Program-made: the position numbers and the translations under genes
Shown here: piece after piece, positions 8,617-17,873 of the stretch
Layout of the letters: each line of letters starts with the position of its first letter
Numbering within the stretch: the first letter of the stretch is position 1
From: Desulfobulbus propionicus DSM 2032
Lineage (GTDB): Bacteria > Desulfobacterota > Desulfobulbia > Desulfobulbales > Desulfobulbaceae
Direction: 5' to 3'
Length of the DNA stretch: 32,000 nucleotides
Assembly (NCBI RefSeq): GCF_000186885.1
Contig: NC_014972.1
Location: 570,001-602,000 of the forward strand
Notes under the pieces: model-generated
What the model saw: the letters and a program-made list of their open reading frames with translations, nothing else
What the model was told of the DNA's origin: nothing
The model's database searches: none

Positions 8617-10257
8617 CCTGAATCCGTGACGCCCTCGACCGGACCTCCTCGTTTGGGTCAGGCAGGGGCGATTGTCAGCCTTGCGGGCTGACACTGTGCT
8701 TGTCCACCGAACGCTACGGTTAATCTGGCGACTTTTTCATTGAAAAATCCGCATCTGCGCGAAACGAGGACAGGGGTATCCTGTATCACTCTGACTTTTT
8801 ATTGTTTTCTTAATTTGCCGTCATCAGCCCCGAGTACACGGCACTGAAGGCGGCAAAGGCCGGGCAATGCCGGCTGAAGCGCAGCTTCAATCGCCTGCTG
8901 GTGGTGAGCAGCCGTCCGGCCAGATACATCAGCTCTTGGATCACAGTTCTCAGCCGTCTGCGTTTGGCCGAATGCCTCACCGGTCCAAAGGGGGCGATCT
9001 GGCCCGTCTGCCCGATAAAGCGGAGGATATTGTAGGCAAAGGCGCCCAAAGCCATCACCAGGGCGTTGGTGGCAAACTTGCCGTTCGGCAGCCGTTCGAG
9101 ATCCAAGTCGGTCTTGAACTCGCTATGGAACTGCTCCGAGGTGGCATGCTGCCGATAGAGTTCGATCACATCTTCCGCAGCTGTCGTAAGGTCGGTCCAC
9201 CAGCCCTCAAGGGTGATCTCCGGAGCGAGGAGAAACTGACCTTTTTTATCGATGGTCCGCTCAGTCACCCTGACGATTCGTTTGAAGGTATAGGTTATTT
9301 CTTCGACCTTTTTGCGCTCTTCGACGATTAGGGCGCCGACCCGCTTCCCTTCTCTGGGAGTCTTGACCGGTCCCTCGGCAAACACCCTGTCGCGCCAGGC
9401 GATGACATCGCTTTCCCGGGGATTCCATTTGACGATGTAGTGGGTCTGCTCCGCGTCTTCCAGGGCGACCAAGGTCTCGAGGGCATCGTTGCCCGCGTCC
9501 GCGCGAACCCTGAGCGGCTGCTTGGTCAGATCCTTGGCGCCGGAAATCACCCGCTTGATGAAGTTGACAAACCCCTTCTGGCTATGCTGGCTGCCCGGCC
9601 GGAGTTCCCCCTCCAGGCACCAGCCCTCCATGCCGAGATAGGCAGCCATGGGAGCATAGCCATCGTAGTTCTTGTAGGTGCGGCTGACACCTTCCTTCTT
9701 GGTGTTGGAGTTATCCTGGGAAAAGACGTCCACATCCAGGGGGACCAGACCGCTCCGGTAGCCGGTGATCGGGGCTTTGAGCCGCTTGAGCATGGTTCGC
9801 GAACTTCGATTGACCACCGGGATCAGCTCAGTTCCGGCCTCGTCCAGTCGTTGCCGCAGCCGCTCGACCGAGGGCACCCGGCCGATACCCAGGGCCTGTT
9901 TGAAATAGTCGTCCTCTCGCATGGCGGCAATGGCCTGATAATCGCTCTTGCCCAGACACAACAGGCCCAGATAGCTGCGCAGGATATCGATCTCGGTAAT
10001 GTGATCGCTCCCCTTGGCCGCCCTGCCGACATACCGGCCAAGGTCACTGTACCGGTTGATGCAGGCGCCAGCCAAGGCCAGCCCGGAGTGGCTGGTGTAG
10101 AATTCTTCGCTGCTTTGCTCCAGGAGCATTCGTTTCATGTTTTCGCCTGCTGAGTGAGTTTTTCGAACAAGAGCATACTGCAATATTTTTATAAAAATTT
10201 CAATAATTTGATTTTAGAATCAGCTCTGTTTTATTGCTGATTTTTCACTGATTAAGG
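8617..10257 (-). mobile_element. IS1380-family insertion sequence, copy 2 (inverted relative to copy 1)
   Basis: Inner end CCTGAATCCGTGA (8617-) and outer end TCACTGATTAAGG (-10257) are homologous to the copy 1 ends. CTTAT is present at 8612-8616 and at 10259-10263, a direct repeat offset by 1 nt. The transposase is roughly 90% identical to copy 1 by eye. Confidence 0.82.
8810..10138 (-). CDS. IS1380-family DDE transposase (copy 2)
   Basis: ORF 8810..10183, colinear with copy 1 over the full length with scattered substitutions. Start set at the conserved ATG (MKRMLLEQ) at 10138. Confidence 0.88.
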   Translation of the reverse strand: MKRMLLEQSSEEFYTSHSGLALAGACINRYSDLGRYVGRAAKGSDHITEIDILRSYLGLLCLGKSDYQAIAAMREDDYFKQALGIGRVPSVERLRQRLDEAGTELIPVVNRSSRTMLKRLKAPITGYRSGLVPLDVDVFSQDNSNTKKEGVSRTYKNYDGYAPMAAYLGMEGWCLEGELRPGSQHSQKGFVNFIKRVISGAKDLTKQPLRVRADAGNDALETLVALEDAEQTHYIVKWNPRESDVIAWRDRVFAEGPVKTPREGKRVGALIVEERKKVEEITYTFKRIVRVTERTIDKKGQFLLAPEITLEGWWTDLTTAAEDVIELYRQHATSEQFHSEFKTDLDLERLPNGKFATNALVMALGAFAYNILRFIGQTGQIAPFGPVRHSAKRRRLRTVIQELMYLAGRLLTTSRRLKLRFSRHCPAFAAFSAVYSGLMTAN

Positions 10258-10296
10258 ACTTATTGTTCCACCGCTTTTTCCTGGGAGGAATGTTCA

Positions 10297-10992
10297 CTAC
10301 AATGCAACTGTTCGATCGCACAACTTGGAGATCTGGCTTTCCGAATGAGAGACAAGCACCACGGTTTGTTCCGAATGAATCTTGCGCAACATTTCCTTTT
10401 CTGCCTTTTGCCGGAAGCCTTTATCCCCAACGCTCAGAACTTCATCCAGTAACAAAACATCTGGCGTCATGAACATGGCAACCGCAAAACCGAGCCGAGC
10501 CCGCATGCCCGTTGAGTAGGTACGGACTGGTTCGGTCATGAAATCACCGAGTTCGGAAAATTCAGTTATTGCTTCCAGGTTGCCCTCAACCTGGGATCGG
10601 GAATAACCGAGCAACATGCCGCTGAAGATGGCATTATCCCTGCCTGATAGGTTACCGTCAAACCCTACCTGCAAGGCCAGCAGAGACACTGTAACCCCAT
10701 GGTTAATGATCTCGCCCTCATCGGGCTCGATAATCCCTGCTAATACCCGTAGCAGGGTCGATTTGCCTGCTCCGTTACGACCAATGATACCGATTGTTTC
10801 CCCACGACGGATGTCTAAATCGATTCCGCGCAAGGCCTGGTAGTAGGTAACCTTTCGAAACAGGTTGCCTCGGCGTTTATAGCGTACCCCAACATTCCGT
10901 AGCGAAAGGATTATTTTGTCCGTTTTTGGGAGAGTAGGTTGATCGGTCATTGGCATCGTGTCTTGTTGTGTCGATTCTATTGGTGCACTCAT
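10297..10992 (-). CDS. wzt: Polysaccharide/O-antigen export ABC transporter ATP-binding protein (Wzt/KpsT/TagH-type, short form)
   Basis: Walker A GRNGAGKST, signature YSTGMRARL, Walker B VLLLDEVLSVGD, H-loop VSHS. Start chosen at ATG 10992 (MSAPIES...) because it forms an ATGA overlap with the wzm stop. Alternatives are 10956 and 10950. The 5' extension to 11181 overlaps wzm and is rejected. The gene ends with a double stop, TAG TGA. Confidence 0.85.
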   Translation of the reverse strand: MSAPIESTQQDTMPMTDQPTLPKTDKIILSLRNVGVRYKRRGNLFRKVTYYQALRGIDLDIRRGETIGIIGRNGAGKSTLLRVLAGIIEPDEGEIINHGVTVSLLALQVGFDGNLSGRDNAIFSGMLLGYSRSQVEGNLEAITEFSELGDFMTEPVRTYSTGMRARLGFAVAMFMTPDVLLLDEVLSVGDKGFRQKAEKEMLRKIHSEQTVVLVSHSESQISKLCDRTVAL

Positions 10993-12485
10993 TCGAGTAC
11001 CACTCTGGGGAAAGTCGATTTCAAGCGCCGATAACCCAGCAGTACGAAAACTAAGGCCAATGAAGCGCCTAGTGCGAGCCATCCCAGCAACTCCCAGGCC
11101 GGCCAACTTTGATGCACAAAAATCAATCGGTACTGGTGCAGGATATTGGCGACGGGATTTACCAAGAACAGTACTCGCCATGCTTCGGGTATACTTTCCA
11201 AAGGTATGAAGACTCCGCTGCAGAAGAGCAGAAATTGAATGGCCGTGGGGACCAGGTAGGCAACATCGCGGATAAAAGGAACAATCATCGCTACCAAACA
11301 GCTCGTTGCAACGATGAGTGTTAAATGAACAAAAAAAATGGGAAGAAAGCCTAACCAGTACACTGTTGGCGGAAGGTCGACCAAGATCAGGAATAGGGCA
11401 AGCATGATAAATACCAGCATCTGCTTACCCAGATTTTGGAAAATGGAAACCAGCGGAAAAAACAGGGGTGAGAGGCGCACCTGGTGCATCAAGCCTTTTC
11501 CGGCCACGATAGAGTTGGATGACTGTTGCACCGTTTTAGAAAACCATTGAAAGGGAACAAGTCCGGTTAATAGATAGGCCAGATAATTGTCGCCACCGCG
11601 GTGGAGGATCAGCCCAAAAAAAATGTAAAAAACGGTCATGTACAGCAAGGGGTCAATGAGCCACCAGAGATACCGCAGATAGTTTTGACTTGCTTCAGAC
11701 TTGAGGTTCATTTTGGCCTTGGTCAAAACCAAATCAACAAACGAGAAAAAGGAGGAGCGTGCCGGCGCCTTCATCTCCTCTGCCGGCAAAGGGTTCTGTT
11801 GGTGAAGCGATTCCAGCCATTGGTGGCCAAATTCTCGGGCCGCCTTTAGCTGTCTGGCCAATCGGTCGTCACCCAAGTGGTTGGCGGCCACGGCGGCACG
11901 TTCGTATCCGGTGGCTATTTTAGGGAATCGGACCCGCACCTCTGCCCAACGCTTAAGGGCCAGGGGCCAATCTTCAGCCGCCATGGCCAGTTCCGCATAC
12001 TGTTCCCACGCTTGCGGTTCTTCTGGAAACAGGGTGCGGGCCTGGGCATTGAGCGCGAGGGCTTCCTCCATCTTCCCACAATATTGAGCAGCTTGGGCTG
12101 AAGCGTGCAGCACTTGAAGGTTACGTTGAAACATATCCCGGGCTGCGCGCGCAAGCTGATCTGCCTGCTCCATCTTCCCACAGATCAAGGCATGGCGAAT
12201 TTGGGCTGCCGCCACGCCCGCGTGCCGCGGAAATTGTTCCATGGCGGTCCGCAGCAATGATTCAGCGGTATCGTGGTTACCGCATTTCTGATGGCAGATT
12301 GCCGCTTCCACCCATGCTTGCGCTTCTTGGGGATAGACTTGTCGCAATATTGCCCAACGCTGCCCCGCGATATTCCATTGCTGCTCATTCATCGCCGTGC
12401 GCGGCCACTGCGCGGCAACGCTAAATGGCGGCAGTCCGTTCTGTTTTGTTTTTATTTCCATGCCTGGTGGCGTATCCGTGACCAT
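10989..12485 (-). CDS. wzm: ABC-2 type polysaccharide export permease (Wzm/KpsM-like) with an N-terminal ~230-aa TPR-like domain
   Basis: The C-terminal ~260 aa (YLRYLWWLIDPLLYMTVFYIFFGLIL...VNPVANILHQYR) is typical of an ABC-2 permease with 6 TM segments. The N-terminal half consists of repeated ~34-aa A/W/L-rich helical units (e.g. AQAWVEAAICHQKCGNHDTAESLLRTAMEQFP; PQAWEQYAELAMAAEDWPLALKRWAEVRVRFP). The start is uncertain: 12485, or internal ATGs at 12461 and 12392. Confidence 0.8.
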   Translation of the reverse strand: MVTDTPPGMEIKTKQNGLPPFSVAAQWPRTAMNEQQWNIAGQRWAILRQVYPQEAQAWVEAAICHQKCGNHDTAESLLRTAMEQFPRHAGVAAAQIRHALICGKMEQADQLARAARDMFQRNLQVLHASAQAAQYCGKMEEALALNAQARTLFPEEPQAWEQYAELAMAAEDWPLALKRWAEVRVRFPKIATGYERAAVAANHLGDDRLARQLKAAREFGHQWLESLHQQNPLPAEEMKAPARSSFFSFVDLVLTKAKMNLKSEASQNYLRYLWWLIDPLLYMTVFYIFFGLILHRGGDNYLAYLLTGLVPFQWFSKTVQQSSNSIVAGKGLMHQVRLSPLFFPLVSIFQNLGKQMLVFIMLALFLILVDLPPTVYWLGFLPIFFVHLTLIVATSCLVAMIVPFIRDVAYLVPTAIQFLLFCSGVFIPLESIPEAWRVLFLVNPVANILHQYRLIFVHQSWPAWELLGWLALGASLALVFVLLGYRRLKSTFPRVVLE

Positions 12486-12708
12486 CGCTTCTCTTTACCA
12501 ACTTTTCCGCATCAAGGCAATAAGCCTGCCTCGGCAATTCCTCACCCCGGATTCGTGTGGTCGAGGAACGGATGGTTACAGTCTGCCGAAATGAGGGTAG
12601 ATTTTTTGATTGTAAAGGCTTCGTGCTTTCGTTCGTGTTCCTTGTTCATCGATACCAGGCTGCAATGAAGCCAATCGTCAAACCGGCTGGCAGAGGGTAT
12701 CCTCCCAT

Positions 12709-13260
12709 TCATGCGAAAACTTCCGCAGCCGTGAACAAAGGTGCCGTGCAATCCTTCTCGGAAAGTTGTGGCGTGTCATGCAAGGGCCAGGTTATTGCCA
12801 GATCGGGATCATTCCAACGAATTCCCCGGTCGTATTGCGGTTGGTAATATTCAGTCGTTTTATACAGAAATTCGGCCGTCTCCGACAGGACAACAAAGCC
12901 ATGGGCAAATCCGGGGGGAATCCAAAACTGTCGTTTGTTGTCCGCGGAAAGATGGAGGCCTACCCAACGACCAAAGGTGGGTGATTGTTTGCGGATGTCA
13001 ACCGCGACATCGAAAACCTCACCGACCACACACCGAACAAGTTTTCCTTGAGCGGCTGGAGGCAGTTGATAATGGAGACCACGCAACACTCCTCTGGTTG
13101 ACCGGGAATGGTTATCCTGAACAAAATTGACCGTGAGACCGGTCAGTTGACGGAAAACGCGTTCATTGTAACTTTCATAAAAAAAGCCGCGTTCATCGCC
13201 AAAAATCTTTGGTTCGATGATCAGAAGATCCGCTATGGCTGTGGTGGTCACGTTGATCAT
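12709..13260 (-). CDS. rfbC: dTDP-4-dehydrorhamnose 3,5-epimerase
   Basis: 183 aa; [19 protein letters not shown] and GFAHGF motifs. ATGA overlap with the rfbA stop. Confidence 0.93.
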   Translation of the reverse strand: MINVTTTAIADLLIIEPKIFGDERGFFYESYNERVFRQLTGLTVNFVQDNHSRSTRGVLRGLHYQLPPAAQGKLVRCVVGEVFDVAVDIRKQSPTFGRWVGLHLSADNKRQFWIPPGFAHGFVVLSETAEFLYKTTEYYQPQYDRGIRWNDPDLAITWPLHDTPQLSEKDCTAPLFTAAEVFA

Positions 13261-14135
13261 AAAATCTTTTTTTTCAGGATGGCCAGCAGGTATTGGCCAT
13301 AGCCATTTTTTGCAAGCGGCTGGGCAAGCGCGGCAAGCTGCTCGGCGTTGATCCAGCCCAAACGATAGGCTATCTCTTCTGGACAGGATATTTTCAATCC
13401 TTGCCGTTTCTCAATGGTTTGAATGAATTGGCTTGCCTCAAGCATGGATTCGTGGGTGCCCATGTCGAGCCATGCATAGCCGCGGCCCATGATCTCGACG
13501 CGCAATATATTGTTTTCGAGATAGGTTTTGTTGATGTCGGTGATTTCCAGTTCACCGCGAGCCGACGGTTTGATGCTTTTCGCGATGTCAATGACTTGAT
13601 TGTCATAAAAATACAATCCAGTGACCGCGTAATTGGACTTGGATTGTTTCGGCTTTTCCTCCAGGGTGATGGCTGTTCCTCGTTCATCGAAGGAAACCAC
13701 CCCATACCGCCTGGGATCCTGTACGCGGTAGACAAAAACGGTTGCCCCGCTGTTCTGGGCGCTGGCGTTGGCCAGCAGTTTATGAAATTCGTGACCGTAA
13801 AAAATATTGTCGCCAAGGACCAAGGCGACCTTATCCTGACCAATAAATCGTTCCCCAATGAGAAAGGCTTGGGCCAAGCCATCGGGACTGGGCTGAATCG
13901 CGTAGTCGAGGTGAATGCCCCATCGGGTACCGTCGCCCAGCAGTTGGGCAAATCTCGGCGTATCCTGTGGTGTGGAGATGATCAGGATATCCCGGATGCC
14001 CGCCAGCATGAGCGTGGAGAGGGGATAGTAAATCATCGGTTTGTCGAAAATCGGCAACAACTGTTTCGAGACAGCCAGCGTGGCTGGATACAGCCGGGTA
14101 CCGGCGCCGCCGGCAAGAATAATGCCTTTACGCAT
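13257..14135 (-). CDS. rfbA: Glucose-1-phosphate thymidylyltransferase
   Basis: [56 protein letters not shown]..., 292 aa from ATG 14135. The track's 457-aa version extends through rfbD and is an artefact. Confidence 0.93.
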   Translation of the reverse strand: MRKGIILAGGAGTRLYPATLAVSKQLLPIFDKPMIYYPLSTLMLAGIRDILIISTPQDTPRFAQLLGDGTRWGIHLDYAIQPSPDGLAQAFLIGERFIGQDKVALVLGDNIFYGHEFHKLLANASAQNSGATVFVYRVQDPRRYGVVSFDERGTAITLEEKPKQSKSNYAVTGLYFYDNQVIDIAKSIKPSARGELEITDINKTYLENNILRVEIMGRGYAWLDMGTHESMLEASQFIQTIEKRQGLKISCPEEIAYRLGWINAEQLAALAQPLAKNGYGQYLLAILKKKIL

Positions 14136-14146
14136 GATTGATTTGG

Positions 14147-15034
14147 TCAGAGAATTTGCTGCAAAACATGGGAGAGCCCATCCTGCCAGGGGGGCAAGTG
14201 CAGGCTGAAGGTGTCGCGCAACTTGTCGGTGGCCAGTCGAGAATTGGCTGGACGGCGGGCAGGAAGGGGGTATTGGGCGGTGGTGATCGGACGGATGGAT
14301 TGCGGTGTCAATTTCAGGCCCATGCCCGCGCGGAGGCTGGCAGCAACCACTGTCTGGGCAAATTCGTGCCAAGTGGTGACCCCGGCGGCGGCGAGGTGAT
14401 ACAGGCCGAAGGGAAAGTGCTTTTCTTCCGTCCGCTGGTACTGGCCGATCACCTGTGCGGTGATATCGGCGATCAGGGATGCCGATGTTGGGGCGCCGAA
14501 CTGATCGGCTACCACGTTGAGTGTTTCCCGTTCCCCGGCAAGCTTGAGCATTGTTTTGACAAAGTTGGCTCCATGGGCGCCGAATACCCAACAGGTGCGA
14601 AAGATCAGATGCTTGTTTGTTTTTTGGCAAAGGGATTTTGTGCCAGCCAGCTTGCTTGCACCGTAGACATTCCGTGGGTTGGGCGGGTCGTTTTCGGTAT
14701 GGAACCCTTGCTTGGTGCCGTCATGGACGTAATCGGTGCAGTAATGCACGACTAGGGCGCCGATTCGCGCCGCCTCTTCTCCCAGGATGCCCGGAGCTGT
14801 TCCATTGATGGCCATGGCCAAGTCCGATTCCGCTTCTGCCCGATCAACAGCGGTATATGCGGCCGGGTGGACGATGATGTCCGGTTGAATCGACCGCACC
14901 AGGGAACGGATGGCCTGTTGGTCCGTGAGATCGCAGTCGGTCTGATCCACCGCCGTAAGTGTTCCCAGCGGTGCCAAGGCCCGTTGCAGTTCAAATCCCA
15001 CTTGGCCGTTTTTCCCTGTTAATAGTATGCGCAT
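14147..15034 (-). CDS. rfbD: dTDP-4-dehydrorhamnose reductase
   Basis: 295 aa; [16 protein letters not shown] Rossmann N-terminus and overall RmlD-like sequence. Sits between rfbB and rfbA. Confidence 0.9.
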   Translation of the reverse strand: MRILLTGKNGQVGFELQRALAPLGTLTAVDQTDCDLTDQQAIRSLVRSIQPDIIVHPAAYTAVDRAEAESDLAMAINGTAPGILGEEAARIGALVVHYCTDYVHDGTKQGFHTENDPPNPRNVYGASKLAGTKSLCQKTNKHLIFRTCWVFGAHGANFVKTMLKLAGERETLNVVADQFGAPTSASLIADITAQVIGQYQRTEEKHFPFGLYHLAAAGVTTWHEFAQTVVAASLRAGMGLKLTPQSIRPITTAQYPLPARRPANSRLATDKLRDTFSLHLPPWQDGLSHVLQQIL

Positions 15035-15037
15035 AGC

Positions 15038-16099
15038 TTATGCTCCGTATTGCCGAGTGACCCAATCACGATAGGCACCGCTGGTGACATTTTGAACCCA
15101 ATCCTGATTGTTCAAATACCACTTCACGGTTTTGCGGATACCGCTTGTAAAGGTTTCGGAAGGCCTCCACTTGAGTTCTCGTTCGATCTTGCTGGCGTTG
15201 ATGGCGTAGCGGCGGTCATGGCCAGGACGATCGGGGACAAAAATAATTTGTTGGCGGTAGCGTTTTCCTTCTGCCAACGGACGAAGTTCGTCGAGTATGG
15301 AACAAAGGGTATGGACCACCTCAAGATTGGATTTTTCGTTCCGGCCGCCAATATTGTACACTTCGCCCGGTCGGCCTTCTGCCAGCACAAGGCGGAGTGC
15401 CGCGCAGTGATCCATGACATAGAGCCAGTCCCGGATTTGTCGACCATCTCCATACAGAGGGAGCGGTTTTCCGGCCAGTGCGTTGTGAATGCACAGGGGA
15501 ATCAATTTTTCGGGGAATTGATAGGGACCATAGTTATTGGAACAGTTGGTGGTCAATACCGGAAGACCGTAGGTGTGGTGGTAGGCGCGGAGCAAGTGGT
15601 CGCTGGCGGCCTTGCTGGCGGAGTATGGGCTGTTGGGCGCATATTGACTCTGTTCGTTGAAAGCGGCTGCATCGGGGGATAATGTGCCGAAAACTTCATC
15701 GGTGGAGATGTGGAGGAAGCGAAAGTTTTCTCGAGCTTCTTCGCTGAGGTTGTTCCAATAGGCCCTCGTCGCTTCAAGCAAACGGAAGGTTCCGACGATG
15801 TTGGTCTGAATAAAGTCTTCCGGTCCATGAATACTGCGGTCGACATGCGATTCGGCGGCGAAATTGATGATGGCCCGTGGCCGATGTTGACTGAGCAAAT
15901 GGGCGATGTGGTCAAACTCGCCGATATCGCTCTTGATAAAAAAATACCGGGAATCGTTCGCGATCGAAGCCAGGTTCTCCAGGTTGCCGGCGTAGGTCAA
16001 GGTGTCCAGGTTGATAACCGTTTCGTCACTGTGGCGCAGCCATTCGAGAATAAAATTGCTTCCTATGAAACCGGCACCACCGGTAACGAATATAGCCAT
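15038..16099 (-). CDS. rfbB: dTDP-glucose 4,6-dehydratase
   Basis: 353 aa; [12 protein letters not shown], the [10 protein letters not shown] catalytic YxxxK, and overall RmlB similarity. Confidence 0.93.
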   Translation of the reverse strand: MAIFVTGGAGFIGSNFILEWLRHSDETVINLDTLTYAGNLENLASIANDSRYFFIKSDIGEFDHIAHLLSQHRPRAIINFAAESHVDRSIHGPEDFIQTNIVGTFRLLEATRAYWNNLSEEARENFRFLHISTDEVFGTLSPDAAAFNEQSQYAPNSPYSASKAASDHLLRAYHHTYGLPVLTTNCSNNYGPYQFPEKLIPLCIHNALAGKPLPLYGDGRQIRDWLYVMDHCAALRLVLAEGRPGEVYNIGGRNEKSNLEVVHTLCSILDELRPLAEGKRYRQQIIFVPDRPGHDRRYAINASKIERELKWRPSETFTSGIRKTVKWYLNNQDWVQNVTSGAYRDWVTRQYGA

Positions 16100-16310
16100 A
16101 TAGGGAAAAATACTGTGTTAGCGTTGCGGCGAGAAAAATCGACCTAGTTTGACATTCCAAAAAAAATTATTCTATCTCCAGCTCATCGAAAGAACAATGA
16201 AAAATATGCTCCTAAAACCGAGCTGAACCGGATGGGGGGGAGGAGGCGATGTCGAATGTCATCTGATCGTTCATTGGCAGATATGAGTTAGCTTGACACA
16301 AAACCAGCCG

Positions 16311-17654
16311 TTACCGAATCAGGAAAGGGAGATAGCCGATGCTCTTGCCAAATTTTTTTTTAATATATAGTAACGTTGCGGTATTCCAGTAAATTATGCT
16401 GATCATCGCTGAGATGGCTGCGCCAATAATGCCAAACGGACGGATGAGAACGGCGTTAAGAGTGATGGTCAGAATGACAGCCCCCAGCATAATATTCCGT
16501 AAAGCAAGATGGTTGCCTGTCATGTTCATGAAATACCCAGTGGACCCGGAGATGGAATGAACAAACTGACCAATGATCAAAAAAATCATGGCACCATAGG
16601 CGGATGCGAATTCGGTTCCATAAACCAATGTTATGAGAGGATATCCGCATGCGAGCAGGCCAACCAGGATCGGTGTGGTGACCCAGAAAATCAACTGTGA
16701 GGATTTTTTGGCTACGTAGAATAATTCTTCCATGCGGTTGCCGTGAAAAAGTTCCGAAAATTTAGGAGCGGCCATGCTGTTGATGGCATTCAGGGCAAAC
16801 GACGTCAAAGTGGCCAGTTTGACGGCAATGTCGTAGTGACCAACCTCTGCCTCGGTTCGAAACATGCCGAGCATGATGACGCCTGTCTGACCGATTAAAA
16901 AGGTCATCGCCGATGTCATCAGCATGGGGAGGGAAAGGGCGAGTAACTCCCTGATGGATAGAACCTGCACCCGGTCAGTACTGGTCATTCTCTCTTTGAA
17001 TGCCGCATTCATGACAAAAAAACCTGTCAAGGCCGAGATTAGGAGTGCGGCGAGAAGTGCGTAAACCGGTGCTTCAGGGGGGAAATAAAAAAAAGTGAGC
17101 AAAAGTAGAATAACAAGCTTTGTAAAAGAAGGGAGGACCTGCATGATCGCAAAGGTTCGGATCATGCGTAATCCGCGTACGGACTGTGTGTTCAGTTGAG
17201 TGATTGCGGAGAAAAGGATGAAAAGAGCCGCCAGGGCAAAAAAAGAGGAGAGTTGCGGTTTGGCAAATATTTTGACGGCAATGCTCTCAGAAAAAAAATA
17301 CAGGATGCCCCCGACGGCGATGGATAGCACCAACACAAGAGACTGCGTGGTGCAATATATTTTATAGGCTGAAGTGGCGGAATATTTCGCGAGATGTTCC
17401 GGGATGAGACGTAGAATCGCATTATGCGTGCCAAGCACAGTGAAAATGGTGGTCAATGAAAGAAAAGACTGGATCACGGCAACCACCCCCAGCATGTCCG
17501 CCCCATAAAGACGTGCTACCACTATGCTTGTGATGAAGGTAAGAGCGGTGGCGATCACGCGCGCCCCTAAAGCCCACGCTGACCCCTTGAAAATTTCCTC
17601 GAACTTTCTATCCGCTACAAATTGACGATACTTCTGTTGAACAAATTGGATCAC
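16311..17654 (-). CDS. wzx: Polysaccharide biosynthesis protein / oligosaccharide flippase (MOP superfamily, Wzx-like)
   Basis: 447 aa with about 12-14 hydrophobic segments and a Polysacc_synt-type layout. GTG start without an obvious SD. G+C is visibly lower than in the rfb genes. Confidence 0.75.
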   Translation of the reverse strand: MIQFVQQKYRQFVADRKFEEIFKGSAWALGARVIATALTFITSIVVARLYGADMLGVVAVIQSFLSLTTIFTVLGTHNAILRLIPEHLAKYSATSAYKIYCTTQSLVLVLSIAVGGILYFFSESIAVKIFAKPQLSSFFALAALFILFSAITQLNTQSVRGLRMIRTFAIMQVLPSFTKLVILLLLTFFYFPPEAPVYALLAALLISALTGFFVMNAAFKERMTSTDRVQVLSIRELLALSLPMLMTSAMTFLIGQTGVIMLGMFRTEAEVGHYDIAVKLATLTSFALNAINSMAAPKFSELFHGNRMEELFYVAKKSSQLIFWVTTPILVGLLACGYPLITLVYGTEFASAYGAMIFLIIGQFVHSISGSTGYFMNMTGNHLALRNIMLGAVILTITLNAVLIRPFGIIGAAISAMISIIYWNTATLLYIKKKFGKSIGYLPFLIR

Positions 17655-17873
17655 GGGTATGAGATTGGATTTTTTTGTATTTTTTTATTATTGCAATAAT
17701 TTCTTTTGCATCGTCTGGGCTGCAAAAGAAAGGCCGTATATACCATACCGCGAATGGATGGTCAGGGTATTCGCTCACAGCATGCTGTAGATGATGAAAG
17801 AGAAAAGTGGCCGGACGGGAAAATGTTGTTCGTTGATCAGGACAAGAAAGTTCTTTGATCAAAGCGCTCCGCT

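Noticed and set aside
5822-10257. Interpretation as a classical composite transposon that delivered the acyltransferase
   Set aside because: Each IS copy has its own 5-bp direct repeat (TATTC; CTTAT), and no common duplication brackets the whole unit. The copies are also clearly diverged. Independent insertions around a pre-existing cassette fit better, though the unit might now be mobilisable.
10258-10300. Idea that IS1380 copy 2 truncated the C-terminus of wzt
   Set aside because: wzt ends with a double stop (TAG TGA) 35 nt before the IS end. The IS target duplication is intact, so the short C-terminus is not created by the insertion.
12542-12751. 69-aa ORF (or 35-aa internal version) in the rfbC-wzm intergenic region
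   Set aside because: It overlaps the rfbC 3' end, has no SD, and has no recognisable features or hydrophobic pattern.
13257-14630. Long 5' extensions offered by the ORF track for rfbA (457 aa), tolC (to 26965), manC (to 2096), rrf2 (to 30669), wzt (to 11181) and GNAT (to 20415)
   Set aside because: The extensions overlap upstream genes or are P/R/S-rich with no homology-like features. Internal starts give canonical N-termini (GGxGTRL loop, signal peptide, wHTH) and often ATGA coupling or an SD.
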